A DNA stretch of 56,762 nt, filler included, from Dugesia japonica (lineage: Eukaryota), in the NCBI GenBank assembly GCA_001938525.1. It is 6 parts of 6 records of this genome, joined end to end, with 100 filler letters (N's around TTAATTAATTAA, not from the genome) between each part and the next. Parts side by side here need not be neighbours in the genome. Positions count along the whole stretch, not along the records: positions 10,757 to 19,785 come from MQRL01320873.1; positions 19,886 to 28,399 come from MQRL01621348.1; 4 more parts are not named here. One strand, written 5' to 3'. Of the stretch, positions 11,154 through 21,458 are shown in pieces (positions within the stretch are counted from its first letter, which is position 1; each line of letters begins with the position of its first letter). The notes below the pieces were generated by a model that saw only the letters and a list, made by a program, of their open reading frames with translations, was not told where the DNA came from and ran no database searches. Made by a program: the position numbers and the translations under genes.

Positions 11154-14100
11154 TTATAAATATCCAAATGGTAGTGTAGTTATTCCATCATCTAGAATAT
11201 ATCTTTTATCATCAAATGAAGTTATTGCTTTCTTTACTTGGATAGTTTGTTTAACTTGATGTAAACTAGAACTGATGGAATAATAATTACTTTTATTATT
11301 GAATTGTTATATAATACATTTTTATATTGTTGTGCTGTAAAGTTGTTAGTATTACTTACTCCTTTATGTTTCTTTAAATCTTTCTTTTCTTTCACTAGAT
11401 AGTAAGATTTAGCTTTAATGAAGAATGCTTCTTTAATTATTTCATCAGGATATTCATCCTTCATTTGAAATAAATTATTACCAAATAAATCTTTAATTTT
11501 CGTATTTGTTGAAAATTCTTTCCAAGATTCATTAGGATGAATAAATTCAATCATTAAAGAATCTGTATCACTATAATGTATTTTCCATTGTTCTGAAATT
11601 TGATTAGGAATTAATACATTTAGTTGATTATATACAAAATCATAAATGATTAATTTTGCATAATCTAGTACAAAGAATACTATATATTGAAATTTATTGT
11701 ACATGATTAAGTGTTTAAATGTTTTTATTAATGCAACCTCTTCATTAATTATAGTAGATGATTTATATCCTGGTTTAGATACTTGATTTAATAATTCTTT
11801 TTTAGTCTTTGACAAGAATAGATTAATCCTATTTCTTACATTTTCCAAAGTCTTGCCAAAGAATGCATTATTTATTAGTTTGAAAAATAAATTACCAAAG
11901 TCATCATTATTAGCCTTTGCTTCATCTCTCGAACTAATATTTGAAAGTATATAATCTCTGAGCCAATATTTAGTAGGAATGTTTATTTTACTATGAACTT
12001 TTGATAAAATCATTCCCTGATCAAGATATAAATCTAAAACTTGACCCATTACTACATATTTATATTTATTTTTCTGGTTCATTATTAACTTTTCATAATT
12101 AGATTGTTTCTGATTAGATTGTTTTAATAAATCTTTCTGATAATCACTTAAATCATCATAACTAATCGATTGTTTATCAACTGCATATGGATAATATTTA
12201 CTTTTTTCTTTAATACTTTCTGGATAAATTAAATCAACTGTATAAATATAATCCATATAAATNNNNNNNNNNNNNNNNNNNNNNNNNNNNNNNNNNNNNN
12301 NNNNNNNNNNNNNNNNNNNNNNATCCCAACTCATTTCACCCCAAGGTAATCGTTTTGTCATTGATGCAGCATATAAACTATTCTCATCTAGACATTTTAA
12401 TGTATGAAATTCATCAGCTATTACATGCCGATTACCACATACTCCTGAAAATCCTCCTCTAATTCCTTGTTCTATAGTTAGAAACATATCAAAATTTAAG
12501 TTATTGGCATTTAATAATTCAACTTTTGATACTTTCATACCAATTTCCCAAGTTAATCCTGGTGCACTATAACAATATGTTTGATCAATTTCATTCCTTT
12601 CTAATGATAATTTCCTAAAGTTTTCGAAAAAGTCTGCTAGAATTAATACATCAAGTTTCATATAATGTAAAGTATAATCCATTAAATTATTAAAATTTGA
12701 ATATTCTTTTAGAAATATCTGATAATCAGATTCTGATAACTTAGTTTGTCGTAATACATTGAAAAAATCATCAATATGTGGATAGTAGTTTATTAATTTC
12801 TTTTTAACTTCTGTATAATCTTTACCATTTACATAATCATATGGATAGATTCCTTTACATGGTTTAAGATTAAAACTAGTTAAATTAGGATAGTTTTTAC
12901 TTTTTAATAAATCCTGACCCATCTTTTCTACAGAATGACCACTACACATTCTTAAAGAATCAAGAAATCTTAATCTTTCTATTGAAAATGAAATGTAAAC
13001 ATCATCATTTAATGGAATTAAATTACAAATTTTATTAGGATGAGATTTACATAATTTTTTAAAAACAAAATGATTATCAAATTTAGAAGCATTATGTGCA
13101 TAAATTGGTATAAAATGTTTCTTTAGAGATTCAAATTTCTTGATACAATTATAATGTGCATGTCCTCTAGAAGCTCCTGTCCAAGGATTTATTGATAAAT
13201 AATAACAAGATGGTTTATTTAAATCACAATAATAACAATTTGAATGTTTTGCTAGATCAACTTCCCGATCATCAAGTGGTATAGAAGTATAACTTTGATT
13301 AATTAATTGTTCAAATATATCATTAAATTTTAATAACCAATCAATGAATTTTGAAATACAATCTAATCCTGTGAAATATTGATAAATATTTACAACTTTT
13401 GGATGATGGCTTACTAAATATAAACCTAAAGCAAATGGAATTAATTCTGATTCATTATCTAAACTAGTATCTTTAAAAGTTTCAATATCAAAGTAAATGG
13501 TAAATGGATTCTCATTCTTCATATAAAACTTATTAAACTTGTATGAATTATTAAAAGAGAATTTAATATCTGCAGATTTCTGTTTTAAACAAATCAATTG
13601 GTGATTAATTAAACTTTCTTTATTTCGTTTCCAGTTCATACAATTAATACACAATTCATTAGAGTGATTAGATTTAATATTTAATTTATTAAGATTCCTA
13701 ATTAAAATATAATGTCCATTTTGAGAATGGTTATTCCAAAATAACAAATTACATTTATTAACAAGATGTGATGGATTAGTTTCAAAATGAGAACAATAGA
13801 GTTTTTGTATTCTAGGTTTATCTTTAGTGGATGGAATAACTTCAAATATATTAACTTTAAAATTATTTAATCTTTCAAATTTAGATTTGTTTTTTATATC
13901 CATTGGCATATTTATTCCTGTCCAATCTAAACCATCAATGATATTTTGATAATTAAAAACTGAATCTCCTAATTTAGTATTAAGATGTGCCATTATACAA
14001 TATTTAAAACAATTGAAATCATTCTCTGGATTCTTAATATTTAAAATTCCTGAAATATTATTCCATTCTTTAGGTAATGGTTTATAACCTTGTCCAACTA

Positions 14101-14887
14101 AAGATTCATAATTTGATAATTCAATTGTAAAAGAATTAAACTTTTCAAAGGACCAACCCGATCCTTGTCCTTCAGTTGTGAAAATATCTTCAGATAACTG
14201 ATCCAACATTTTATCAATCGCATCATTAATTTGACTAGGCATTGTTATTTTAACCGAATGAGCGTCATAATCTTTTATCCATTTTTGATTAGTTGTACTA
14301 TCTGAACCAACAAAGTCCTTTGTATAAGTAGTAGAACAAGTTATTGAAACTGCTACTTTTTGAAACTTGTTAATGAATAGATTAGTTATTTCTTTCAATT
14401 CTAAAGAATAATCTTTCAAGAGATTAAAATTAATTCTGTGATTGAATTGATAAATGTTTTCATTATCTGGTTGACTTTCATTTCTATAAACACTAAAGTA
14501 TTTTTTTAACTTAATCATGGATTGTTGGCATGTTTCAATTTCATATTCTTTATTTAAACTATAATCTTTAAATATTTCTCTAAGATTTTGAGATGTTTCC
14601 GATTCAGATAACTGAGAATCTGAAGAACTATCTTTATCAGATTCCCAGCTAGCTGGGGCTTCCAATGCTGCTACTTTCTCTATATGCCTACGACCATTCA
14701 AATGTCTGTTAAAATTTATCAAGTTATCAAAGTCCATATTACAAATATGACATCTTCTCCATGAGTTTCCAGCGTTAAATAATTCTAATTTTCGTAAATG
14801 AGGTCTTCCTTTTAGATGAGTTTCCAAGTGATAAAGAGATCTAAAAAACTGATTACATAATTCACAATATTTATCAAGAGTTGCCAT
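11154..14887 (-). CDS. polB: Protein-primed family B DNA polymerase (pPolB) with two N-terminal zinc fingers; one frameshift near 11285
   Basis: ExoI IYFDIET, ExoII YAHNASKFD, KGIYPYDY, ExoIII YMKLDV, motif A DENSLY, motif B KLINNAFFGK, motif C YSDTDS, KHKGV. The typical C-terminus KAITSFDDKRYILDDGITTLPFGYL* continues in another frame to a stop at 11154-11156. Confidence 0.95.
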
Positions 14888-14930
14888 TTTTAAGCAAAGT
14901 GGTTTGGTCTGACCTGTCGTGGTATTATTT

Positions 14931-15670
14931 TTATTTTTTATTTTTTATGTTTACTTTTGACTGACCACTGGCCAATTGGTTAGACAACTGATTCATCAAT
15001 AATGGAAATGATTTACTAAATTCTTCAAGCTGATTAGCCAATTGATTTACAGTTTGATCATGAGAGTTTTCAGTTGTTTGAACATTAAAATGTTCTAATT
15101 TGGCTTTAACACTATTAATTATATCTTTACTAGTTTTAATTTCTTCATTAGTTAATTCATCATCTTCCAAAGCTTTTATATGAAAGAAGAATAATTTTTA
15201 TTTTTAGTTTCTTCTAATAGTTTAACTTTGGAAGTATATTTATTTATTCTATTTTTTATTAAACTAATTCTTAAAGATCCATGAGCTATAGAATAAATAA
15301 TAGGTATACCAGTAATTATTCCAGTTAGTATTAATTGAATTGTAAAAGATAAAGTTGACATTAATATTATAGTTCCTGAAGCTATACCTACTACAGTTGA
15401 AATTCCTACATCTGTAAATCTAACTCCTGTATCAAATCTTGACCATCTTTTTAATAATTTATTATAATGTTTCAATTTATCATTTACCCATTCTAGATCA
15501 CCTTCAAAATCTTTTATCCTAGTTTTATTTAATTTAATTTTTAATGCTTGAATTGTAGACTTTGTAGACTTTGTAGACTTTTCTTCACCTTCATATACTT
15601 GATGATTTAAATCACTTAAATCAGGATATAGTTTTTCTCCAATTAATTGGTCATCCATTTTTTTATTCAC
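14931..15670 (-). CDS. Polinton membrane protein with LYPDL motif and two hydrophobic helices (two ORFs joined by one frameshift near 15197)
   Basis: LYPDL near the N-terminus, a coiled coil, hydrophobic segments VGISTVVGIASGTIILM and LILTGIITGIPIIYSIA. Removing one A in the run near 15197 gives NKLFFFHIKALEDDELTNEEI, fusing 15176-15670 with 14931-15170. Confidence 0.7.
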
Positions 15671-16034
15671 TTGTTTGAATCCAACCCATCCAGTCTTTAA
15701 GTGTTAAGATTAAAGAATTAAAATAAGTATCACTACTAATCGTTATTGAAAATTTAAGCCATTTTGATTTTCCTTTATCTATTTGTTTAGTATGTATTTT
15801 AAAAAAAATTGTTGAATAATTATTTAATTCTCTTTTAAATTTATAGTTTTTAAAAACTACTGGATTAGATTCATTTTTTATTAAAATTTCATTAGTTGTA
15901 CAAATGGTTTGACCTGGATAATCATTTTTTTTATTACCAAATATGAAAATGAAATATAATTCATCTACTTCTTTTAATAATTCAAAATTTAATATCATAT
16001 CTTCATCTAGTAGATAATAATTTTTTTTTATCAT
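15663..16034 (-). CDS. Polinton hypothetical protein (123 aa)
   Basis: Open ORF overlapping both neighbours in the compact viral gene array; no recognised motif. Confidence 0.55.
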   Translation of the reverse strand: MIKKNYYLLDEDMILNFELLKEVDELYFIFIFGNKKNDYPGQTICTTNEILIKNESNPVVFKNYKFKRELNNYSTIFFKIHTKQIDKGKSKWLKFSITISSDTYFNSLILTLKDWMGWIQTSE

Positions 16035-16866
16035 AATTAATAATTAATCCACTTCTTCGTCCATTTAATTTTTTTAAGTTAGATTTTAGAACAGTTGGTA
16101 AATAGTCAGTGATCTTTTCCATTGTTAAGTAAAATAAGTCAATTTTATTTGTTTCTCCTTCCTCTGTAGGTGGTAAATATGGAAAATAATTTTCTAAACC
16201 ATCTTTCAAGTCTTTGAGTAAATTTGGTGAATAAAGTTTCTTTAGTCTTCTTTCTTGGGTTAACTTTATTATAATCTTCTTTAGGTATTCTTTATCATCT
16301 TTATGCAAGTGTTTTAATGAATAAAATGTTTTTTCCAATCTAGCTAAAGGATCATTTTTAGTTTGAAGATGTAGATCAAAATCATATTTTAATTTATCAA
16401 CTTGTTTTTTCAAGTTGTTACATTTTTCTTCACTACATTTACTTGTTAAATCTTTAATCTGTTTACTTAAATCTTTAACCTTTTTATCAAAGTCATTTTT
16501 ATAAAAATTTTTAATCTGTTTAAGATTTTCAACTTGAATCAACATTTCAGTTTTTAGATTTATAAATTCTTTTTTCCTATCACTTAGATTTAATTTATTA
16601 CTTTCTACTAATGTATCAATTGTTACTTGTTGTTTAGTTATAAGTTGTCTAAATTGTTGGATTTCTTTTCCAACTACTTGGTTAATCATTTTATCAACAT
16701 AATTTCTATCATCATATTTTTTATTTTTAACTTCTTCTTCTCTTTCATGAATTCTTAATTTTGTATTAATTTTACTATCAACTTTTTCATCAAAGTTTTC
16801 AATTATTTGATTTTCCAAAGTCTCTCCAAATCTGTTCATTATAACATTTGAAAAACTATGACTCAT
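16003..16866 (-). CDS. Polinton coiled-coil hypothetical protein (287 aa)
   Basis: Long K/D/L-rich heptad region within the viral gene array. Confidence 0.75.
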   Translation of the reverse strand: MSHSFSNVIMNRFGETLENQIIENFDEKVDSKINTKLRIHEREEEVKNKKYDDRNYVDKMINQVVGKEIQQFRQLITKQQVTIDTLVESNKLNLSDRKKEFINLKTEMLIQVENLKQIKNFYKNDFDKKVKDLSKQIKDLTSKCSEEKCNNLKKQVDKLKYDFDLHLQTKNDPLARLEKTFYSLKHLHKDDKEYLKKIIIKLTQERRLKKLYSPNLLKDLKDGLENYFPYLPPTEEGETNKIDLFYLTMEKITDYLPTVLKSNLKKLNGRRSGLIINYDKKKLLSTR

Positions 16867-16886
16867 TTCTTATATCCATAACTTTG

Positions 16887-17384
16887 TTATAACCAATCTT
16901 TAAAGACATCTTTTAGTTCTTTAATAATTAAATCAAAAGGAATTCCGATTTGAATCTTGTAAATAAAATAAATACATAATATTCCACAAATCTTTGTTTT
17001 CCAAGGTTGAACCTGTAATTTATTACATTTTAAATTTCCTATTCCTTTTAAATCAGCTAAAAGAGGTAATCCATAAGAATCAAAATAATAACTTTTACCT
17101 CTTGCTTTAGTTTTTGGATTACTAGGTAATTGAATAAAAGCAACCCAGTGACTTCCTTTTTGATTTGAATTTTGATAGTTTATTATCCAATTAGTTTGAT
17201 ATTTAACTGATGAACTAATAAATGTTTTAATTTCATCTTTCATTACTATATAAACTTGACTATCTTCATCAATATTTAAAAATTTAACAATATCAATTAA
17301 ATCATAATTTGTTGTAGATGATGTACCAAAAGTTTTAAGAAAATCTAATATAGTCCAAGTTCTTCCAGTTAACTGGGGATCCAT
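16887..17384 (-). CDS. Adenain-like (C5) cysteine maturation protease
   Basis: GSHWVA (catalytic His), YFDSYG (Asp), oxyanion Q, and ICGILC (Cys). Confidence 0.92.
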   Translation of the reverse strand: MDPQLTGRTWTILDFLKTFGTSSTTNYDLIDIVKFLNIDEDSQVYIVMKDEIKTFISSSVKYQTNWIINYQNSNQKGSHWVAFIQLPSNPKTKARGKSYYFDSYGLPLLADLKGIGNLKCNKLQVQPWKTKICGILCIYFIYKIQIGIPFDLIIKELKDVFKDWL

Positions 17385-17430
17385 TTCTTTTCCAAGTTTC
17401 TTGGATAGATTGTTTCAACTAACTTTCCAA

Positions 17431-18168
17431 CTAGTTGACCTGGCGTAAGTGTAATAAAATATTAATCTTTTCACCATCAAAGTCTATAGTATTAAAATTT
17501 TCATCTACTATATTTAATTTTATTCTAGATATAAAATTTGTATTAATTTTTGAATAAATTGGATTAGCTGGCCTATCAGTTATCCTATATCCATAATGAA
17601 CTGTACCCATTGGTAAACTATGCAATAAATTGTATTCTCTATTATTTAAATAATTACCTTGAACTATATTACAAATAATGTTAATTGTATTTATATCAAT
17701 AATATTAATTTTATTATCAGAAATTAAAGTTTTAGTAGTAGTTAAACCATATTTCATTGGTTTAAATCCTAGAATGGTATGAAAAAAAGAAGTATCATCA
17801 AATGATAATTCTTGTGAAGTAAATTGAGTTTCTCCAGGTTTTATTTCTTCCTTTAAACTCCCAGTTAACTGGATTAATGCTTTTCCTGTTGATATATCAA
17901 ATGTTAATAATATTCTTTCTTCCTTTAATTTTTCAGCAATTTGTTTTATTTCATAAGCACCAGGAGTTAGTTTTTTCCAGTTAACTGGTTCATTATCTCC
18001 AGGTTGCTGGATCTTGTATTTATTATTTTTATCATTTATATTTAAAATCATGTTTGATGTAGTAAACCAAATTAAACCTATTTCCCATAAGCCATCTAAT
18101 TTTAAACCATTTGATAAATTAGTTTCTAATTCATGTTCTTGACCAAATAATAAAAATTGATGAGACAT
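17431..18168 (-). CDS. Minor capsid protein (penton, single jelly-roll)
   Basis: LKLDGLWEIGL N-terminus; INIICNIVQGNY, PANPIY, IKLNIVDENFNTIDFDGEKINILLHLR C-terminus typical of Polinton pentons. Confidence 0.85.
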   Translation of the reverse strand: MSHQFLLFGQEHELETNLSNGLKLDGLWEIGLIWFTTSNMILNINDKNNKYKIQQPGDNEPVNWKKLTPGAYEIKQIAEKLKEERILLTFDISTGKALIQLTGSLKEEIKPGETQFTSQELSFDDTSFFHTILGFKPMKYGLTTTKTLISDNKINIIDINTINIICNIVQGNYLNNREYNLLHSLPMGTVHYGYRITDRPANPIYSKINTNFISRIKLNIVDENFNTIDFDGEKINILLHLRQVN

Positions 18169-18186
18169 TATCGAACAAGCTATTTA

Positions 18187-19097
18187 TTATAGATTATATT
18201 TAAGCTTTAGTCTATTATATTTTTCTTTTGTTATTAATTTATTTTTTAATAGTTTATTAATTATTTTTAAAAAGTCTCCAGAAAGATTATCATGACCAGC
18301 TTTTATTGCTGAAGTAATTACAACAAACTTTTCCAACAACTTTAATGGGTTAGTCGATAAACCATCACCTTCTTCTTCTTCCCAGTTAACTGGCCAGTTA
18401 ACTGTCCAACTAGTTGGAATACCTTGTCCAAAATGTCTTGTAGAATCAATTTCTTTATAAACTGGAGGCTTTTTAACTTTTTAAATTCTTCATCAAATAT
18501 TCCACCTTTTTTACATGTTCTTATATATTTACTTTCATGAGGGATAGAAAAATTAAATAAAGATAAATAATTACTTTTTGCTTCAGTATTATCAGATCCA
18601 TAACCAAACAATAATTTTAATAATTCAATATCAAATGGTATTTCTTTTACCTTTCCATTACTATTACTATTACTTAATTTGAAATATCTTTCAATTCCAT
18701 TAATAGTATATCTTTGTTTTAAAAAAGAAGTTTCAGAACCAATCATAAAAGAATCAAATTTATCATCTTTATCTAGAAGAATGTGAGGAAATAAACTAGG
18801 AGGTAAATCATATTTTTTACAAACTTTTAAACTATCTTTTTTAATTAATAATCTATCATCTTTTTCATTTAACTCAAAAACTTCATCTTCTTTTTCAGTT
18901 AATTGAACAAGTGGTTTGATATCAACTGTTTGGATAGTTGGCAAATCAACTGTTTGGATAGTTGGCAGCTCACTGGAAAACAGATTATTAAATGATGAAT
19001 TACCTTTTAATTGATTACCTATTAATTTATCATATTTTCCTCTTCCAACAATTTGATCTTTTAAACTTTTAATTCTATCATCAATCCAATTACTCAT
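18187..19097 (-). CDS. Conserved Polinton virion/core-type protein; frameshift near 18380
   Basis: The 251-aa ORF continues in another frame as EEEEGDGLSTNPLKLLEKFVVITSAIKAGHDNLSGDFLKIINKLLKNKLI, matching the GxG..P..L......AG[NH].....I...L C-terminal motif I recall from Polinton ORFs. Stop at 18187-18189. Internal LPTIQTVD duplication. Confidence 0.65.
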
Positions 19098-19102
19098 TTT
19101 AT

Positions 19103-19636
19103 TTAAGCTTTATTTGAGTTGTAAGGATTAAGATATAATCCCTTTCCAGTTGGAATAATTTCTATTCCATTTTTAAATTTCTTTTTCTTTATTACTTTTA
19201 TTTCATTTCCTAATTGATTTTTCAGGTATTTATGAGTTGCAGATCCTTGATAAGGATTTAAATAAATACCACTTCCAGTTCCAGTTAACTGGGGCAACTG
19301 GCGCAACTGTTTTAATTGTTCATCTAATATTTCAGACTCTTTTGCTTTATTATTAGCTTCTCTTGAATTAGAAACTACTTTTGCAATACCAGCCGCTGCA
19401 CCTGCAGCGGTTCCAGCTGCACCTATTCCCGCTAAAATACCTGGTATTAATGCTAATAAGGGAAAAACTCCACCTTCTGTCGTTTTAACTCCACCTTCTG
19501 TCGTTTTAACCCCACCTTCGGAGATTTTCTGTCTTATTATTTCTTTACTCTTTTTTCCTATCCAATAGTTTTTAATTGATTTACTTTTATCACTATTTAT
19601 TAATTCTATTAATTCATTATCAGTCATTGAAGTCAT
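19103..19636 (-). CDS. Core/membrane-active precursor protein with GG protease sites (adenovirus pX/pVI-like, adintovirus cupiennin-like)
   Basis: EGG|V three times, then FPLLALIPGILAGIGAAGTAAGAAAGIAKVV amphipathic segment; two G.G[IL]YLNPY motifs. Confidence 0.8.
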   Translation of the reverse strand: MTSMTDNELIELINSDKSKSIKNYWIGKKSKEIIRQKISEGGVKTTEGGVKTTEGGVFPLLALIPGILAGIGAAGTAAGAAAGIAKVVSNSREANNKAKESEILDEQLKQLRQLPQLTGTGSGIYLNPYQGSATHKYLKNQLGNEIKVIKKKKFKNGIEIIPTGKGLYLNPYNSNKA

Positions 19637-19704
19637 TTAAACTATTTTATATATAACATCTTTTAGTTCAGTTGTTAAAATTTAACATTTTTAAAATAGT
19701 GAAT

Positions 19705-19785
19705 CTACCAACATTTCTTTTTCCTTGTCTAGATAAAAATAATTATATTTTGTTTTCCAATGATGATTAGTTTCAAAATCATATT
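19705..19785 (-). CDS. 3' end of an upstream Polinton ORF, possibly the packaging ATPase
   Basis: YDFETNHHWKTKYNYFYLDKEKKCW* resembles the W...Y.F..ID tail of Polinton ATPases; cut by the contig end. Confidence 0.3.
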
Positions 19786-19829
19786 NNNNNNNNNNNNNNN
19801 NNNNNNNNNNNNNNNNNNNNNNNNNNNNN

Positions 19830-19841
19830 TTAATTAATTAA
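19830..19841. other. Artificial contig linker
   Basis: TTAATTAATTAA within Ns. Confidence 0.95.
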
Positions 19842-19889
19842 NNNNNNNNNNNNNNNNNNNNNNNNNNNNNNNNNNNNNNNNNNNNTATG

Positions 19890-20700
19890 AATATTAATAA
19901 ATTCTAAGAAATCTTCATATCTTTTCTTATTATAAACATACATCAACACTATCGTGAAATCATATTGTGAAATCATATAAAACATCCAATGTTTCATCAA
20001 ATACTACTGAAAAATATTTCGCCTTTTAAATCCGACCTAAATTAGTTTGTTGGATGNNNNNNNNNNNNNNNNNNNNNNNNNNNNNNNNNNNNNNNNNNNN
20101 NNNNNNNNNNNNNNNNNNNNNNNNNNNNNNNNNNNNNNNNNNNNNNNNNNNNNNNNNNNNNNNCGACCTGATATTTTAACAGTTCTCGGAAATTTCCTTG
20201 GTTTTGCAATGGACTATCGTTATCTTCTTTATCATCAATTCTTCAGTCATTATGACTACCTCGAAAAGCTATATTTTGGTGGCCCATGAGAAGAATAGCT
20301 TTAATAATAGATATTAACAGTTCGCGATTATCTTTTTAACTTATTAGAGTTAATTAAATTCATAATTGATTTCGAAGGATCATTAGAAACTTGACAAAAC
20401 CTAGAAGCTGTAGTTACAGAGTTTCTATGATAAGATAATTTTTATGTGTTTGAAATTCACCATCCTTTTCTAATAATTTTGGGAACTTTGTCACAGGTTC
20501 TGTTAAAAACCTTTTCACTTTAATTTTTCTATTAGCACCCCAAAAATCAAAAAATACTACAAAATATTTGCAGAAGAGACCTTTATAAATATCAGAATAT
20601 ACAAGGCATTCATTATTTAAAAGATAATAATGTTAGATATACCTCTTAACTTCAATGTTAGGCTTTTGGTGAATAGAAAATGGAAATTAGAAAGTTGAAG
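19890..20700 (-). mobile_element. hAT transposase relic (THAP12/PRKRIR-ZMYM1-like)
   Basis: Minus-strand fragments CLVYSDIYKGLFCKYFVVF (TTF zinc finger), NRELLISIIKAILLMGHQNIAFRG, NQGNFRELLKY, AKYFSVVFDETLDV; frameshifts and stops. Confidence 0.8.
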
Positions 20701-21148
20701 GGGGCTGTCAAAAATACTTAATGATATTATTATATATATATATTTGGTGATGTCGTCTAGATAAAATGATCAATGTCTCTTGAATCGTTAGACGATAGCG
20801 ACAGTGATGATGGAAAAGAGGATGTTTAAACATTATTCGTAATGCTTTAAATTAATTTTTTTTAAATTAATATATCTATTTAAATAATTTATTTATTTAA
20901 TTTATTTATTTAATTTATTTATTTAAACAATTTCTATTTAAGGTTAATTTTTATTATAAAATTTATTTAATTTATCCTTTTTAGTATTTAATATTTTTTC
21001 AATTATTTTTCTCTTGTTTGTTTTCATTTTTAGATGCAAAATTGTTCTTAATCATTTGTTCTTTACTTTATCATGCTAGAATCCCAAAACTCGTTTGAGT
21101 AGTCGTTCCTTATCGTTATATAGCTTTTTAAAAATGAAGTCTTTATAA

Positions 21149-21300
21149 TTAATCCATTGGATTAAGATCCGAGGATTTAGGAGGCCAAATATCAGGAGTT
21201 CTAGGGTCATAGAAATTTTCAGCCATCCATTCCTGCATGAATTTAACCTTGAGTAATGGTGCAGAGTCATGTTGAAAAATATAAGGTTTTATATTTTGNA
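21149..21300 (-). mobile_element. Tc1/mariner-superfamily transposase fragment (maT/DD37D-like)
   Basis: YIFQHDSAP...QEW...WPPKSSDLNPMD covers the second and third catalytic-residue motifs. Confidence 0.85.
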
Positions 21301-21308
21301 CTGAGAGA

Positions 21309-21458
21309 AGGTAGATTTGAGTGCAGGACCGCATGTCTCCCCCTAGCGGATCAAAAATCATCAATCAATAAATCCACGATAACTAATACATTTTTAGACC
21401 GCATGTGTTGTCTCTTACTACTAGGGGGAGACATGTGGCCATGAGTTCACATCTACTT
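21309..21458. repeat. Short inverted repeat / hairpin element
   Basis: GACCGCATGTCTCCCCCTAG (21327-21346) against CTAGGGGGAGACATGTGGCC (21421-21440), 18/20 complementary, with a weaker outward extension. Confidence 0.75.

Larger units (their letters stand above)
10757..19785 (-). mobile_element. Polinton/Maverick (adintovirus-like) element, nearly intact, truncated by contig ends
   Basis: Densely packed, intronless, co-oriented ORFs including pPolB, adenain protease, penton and core protein. MCP and integrase are not in this contig. Confidence 0.93.
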
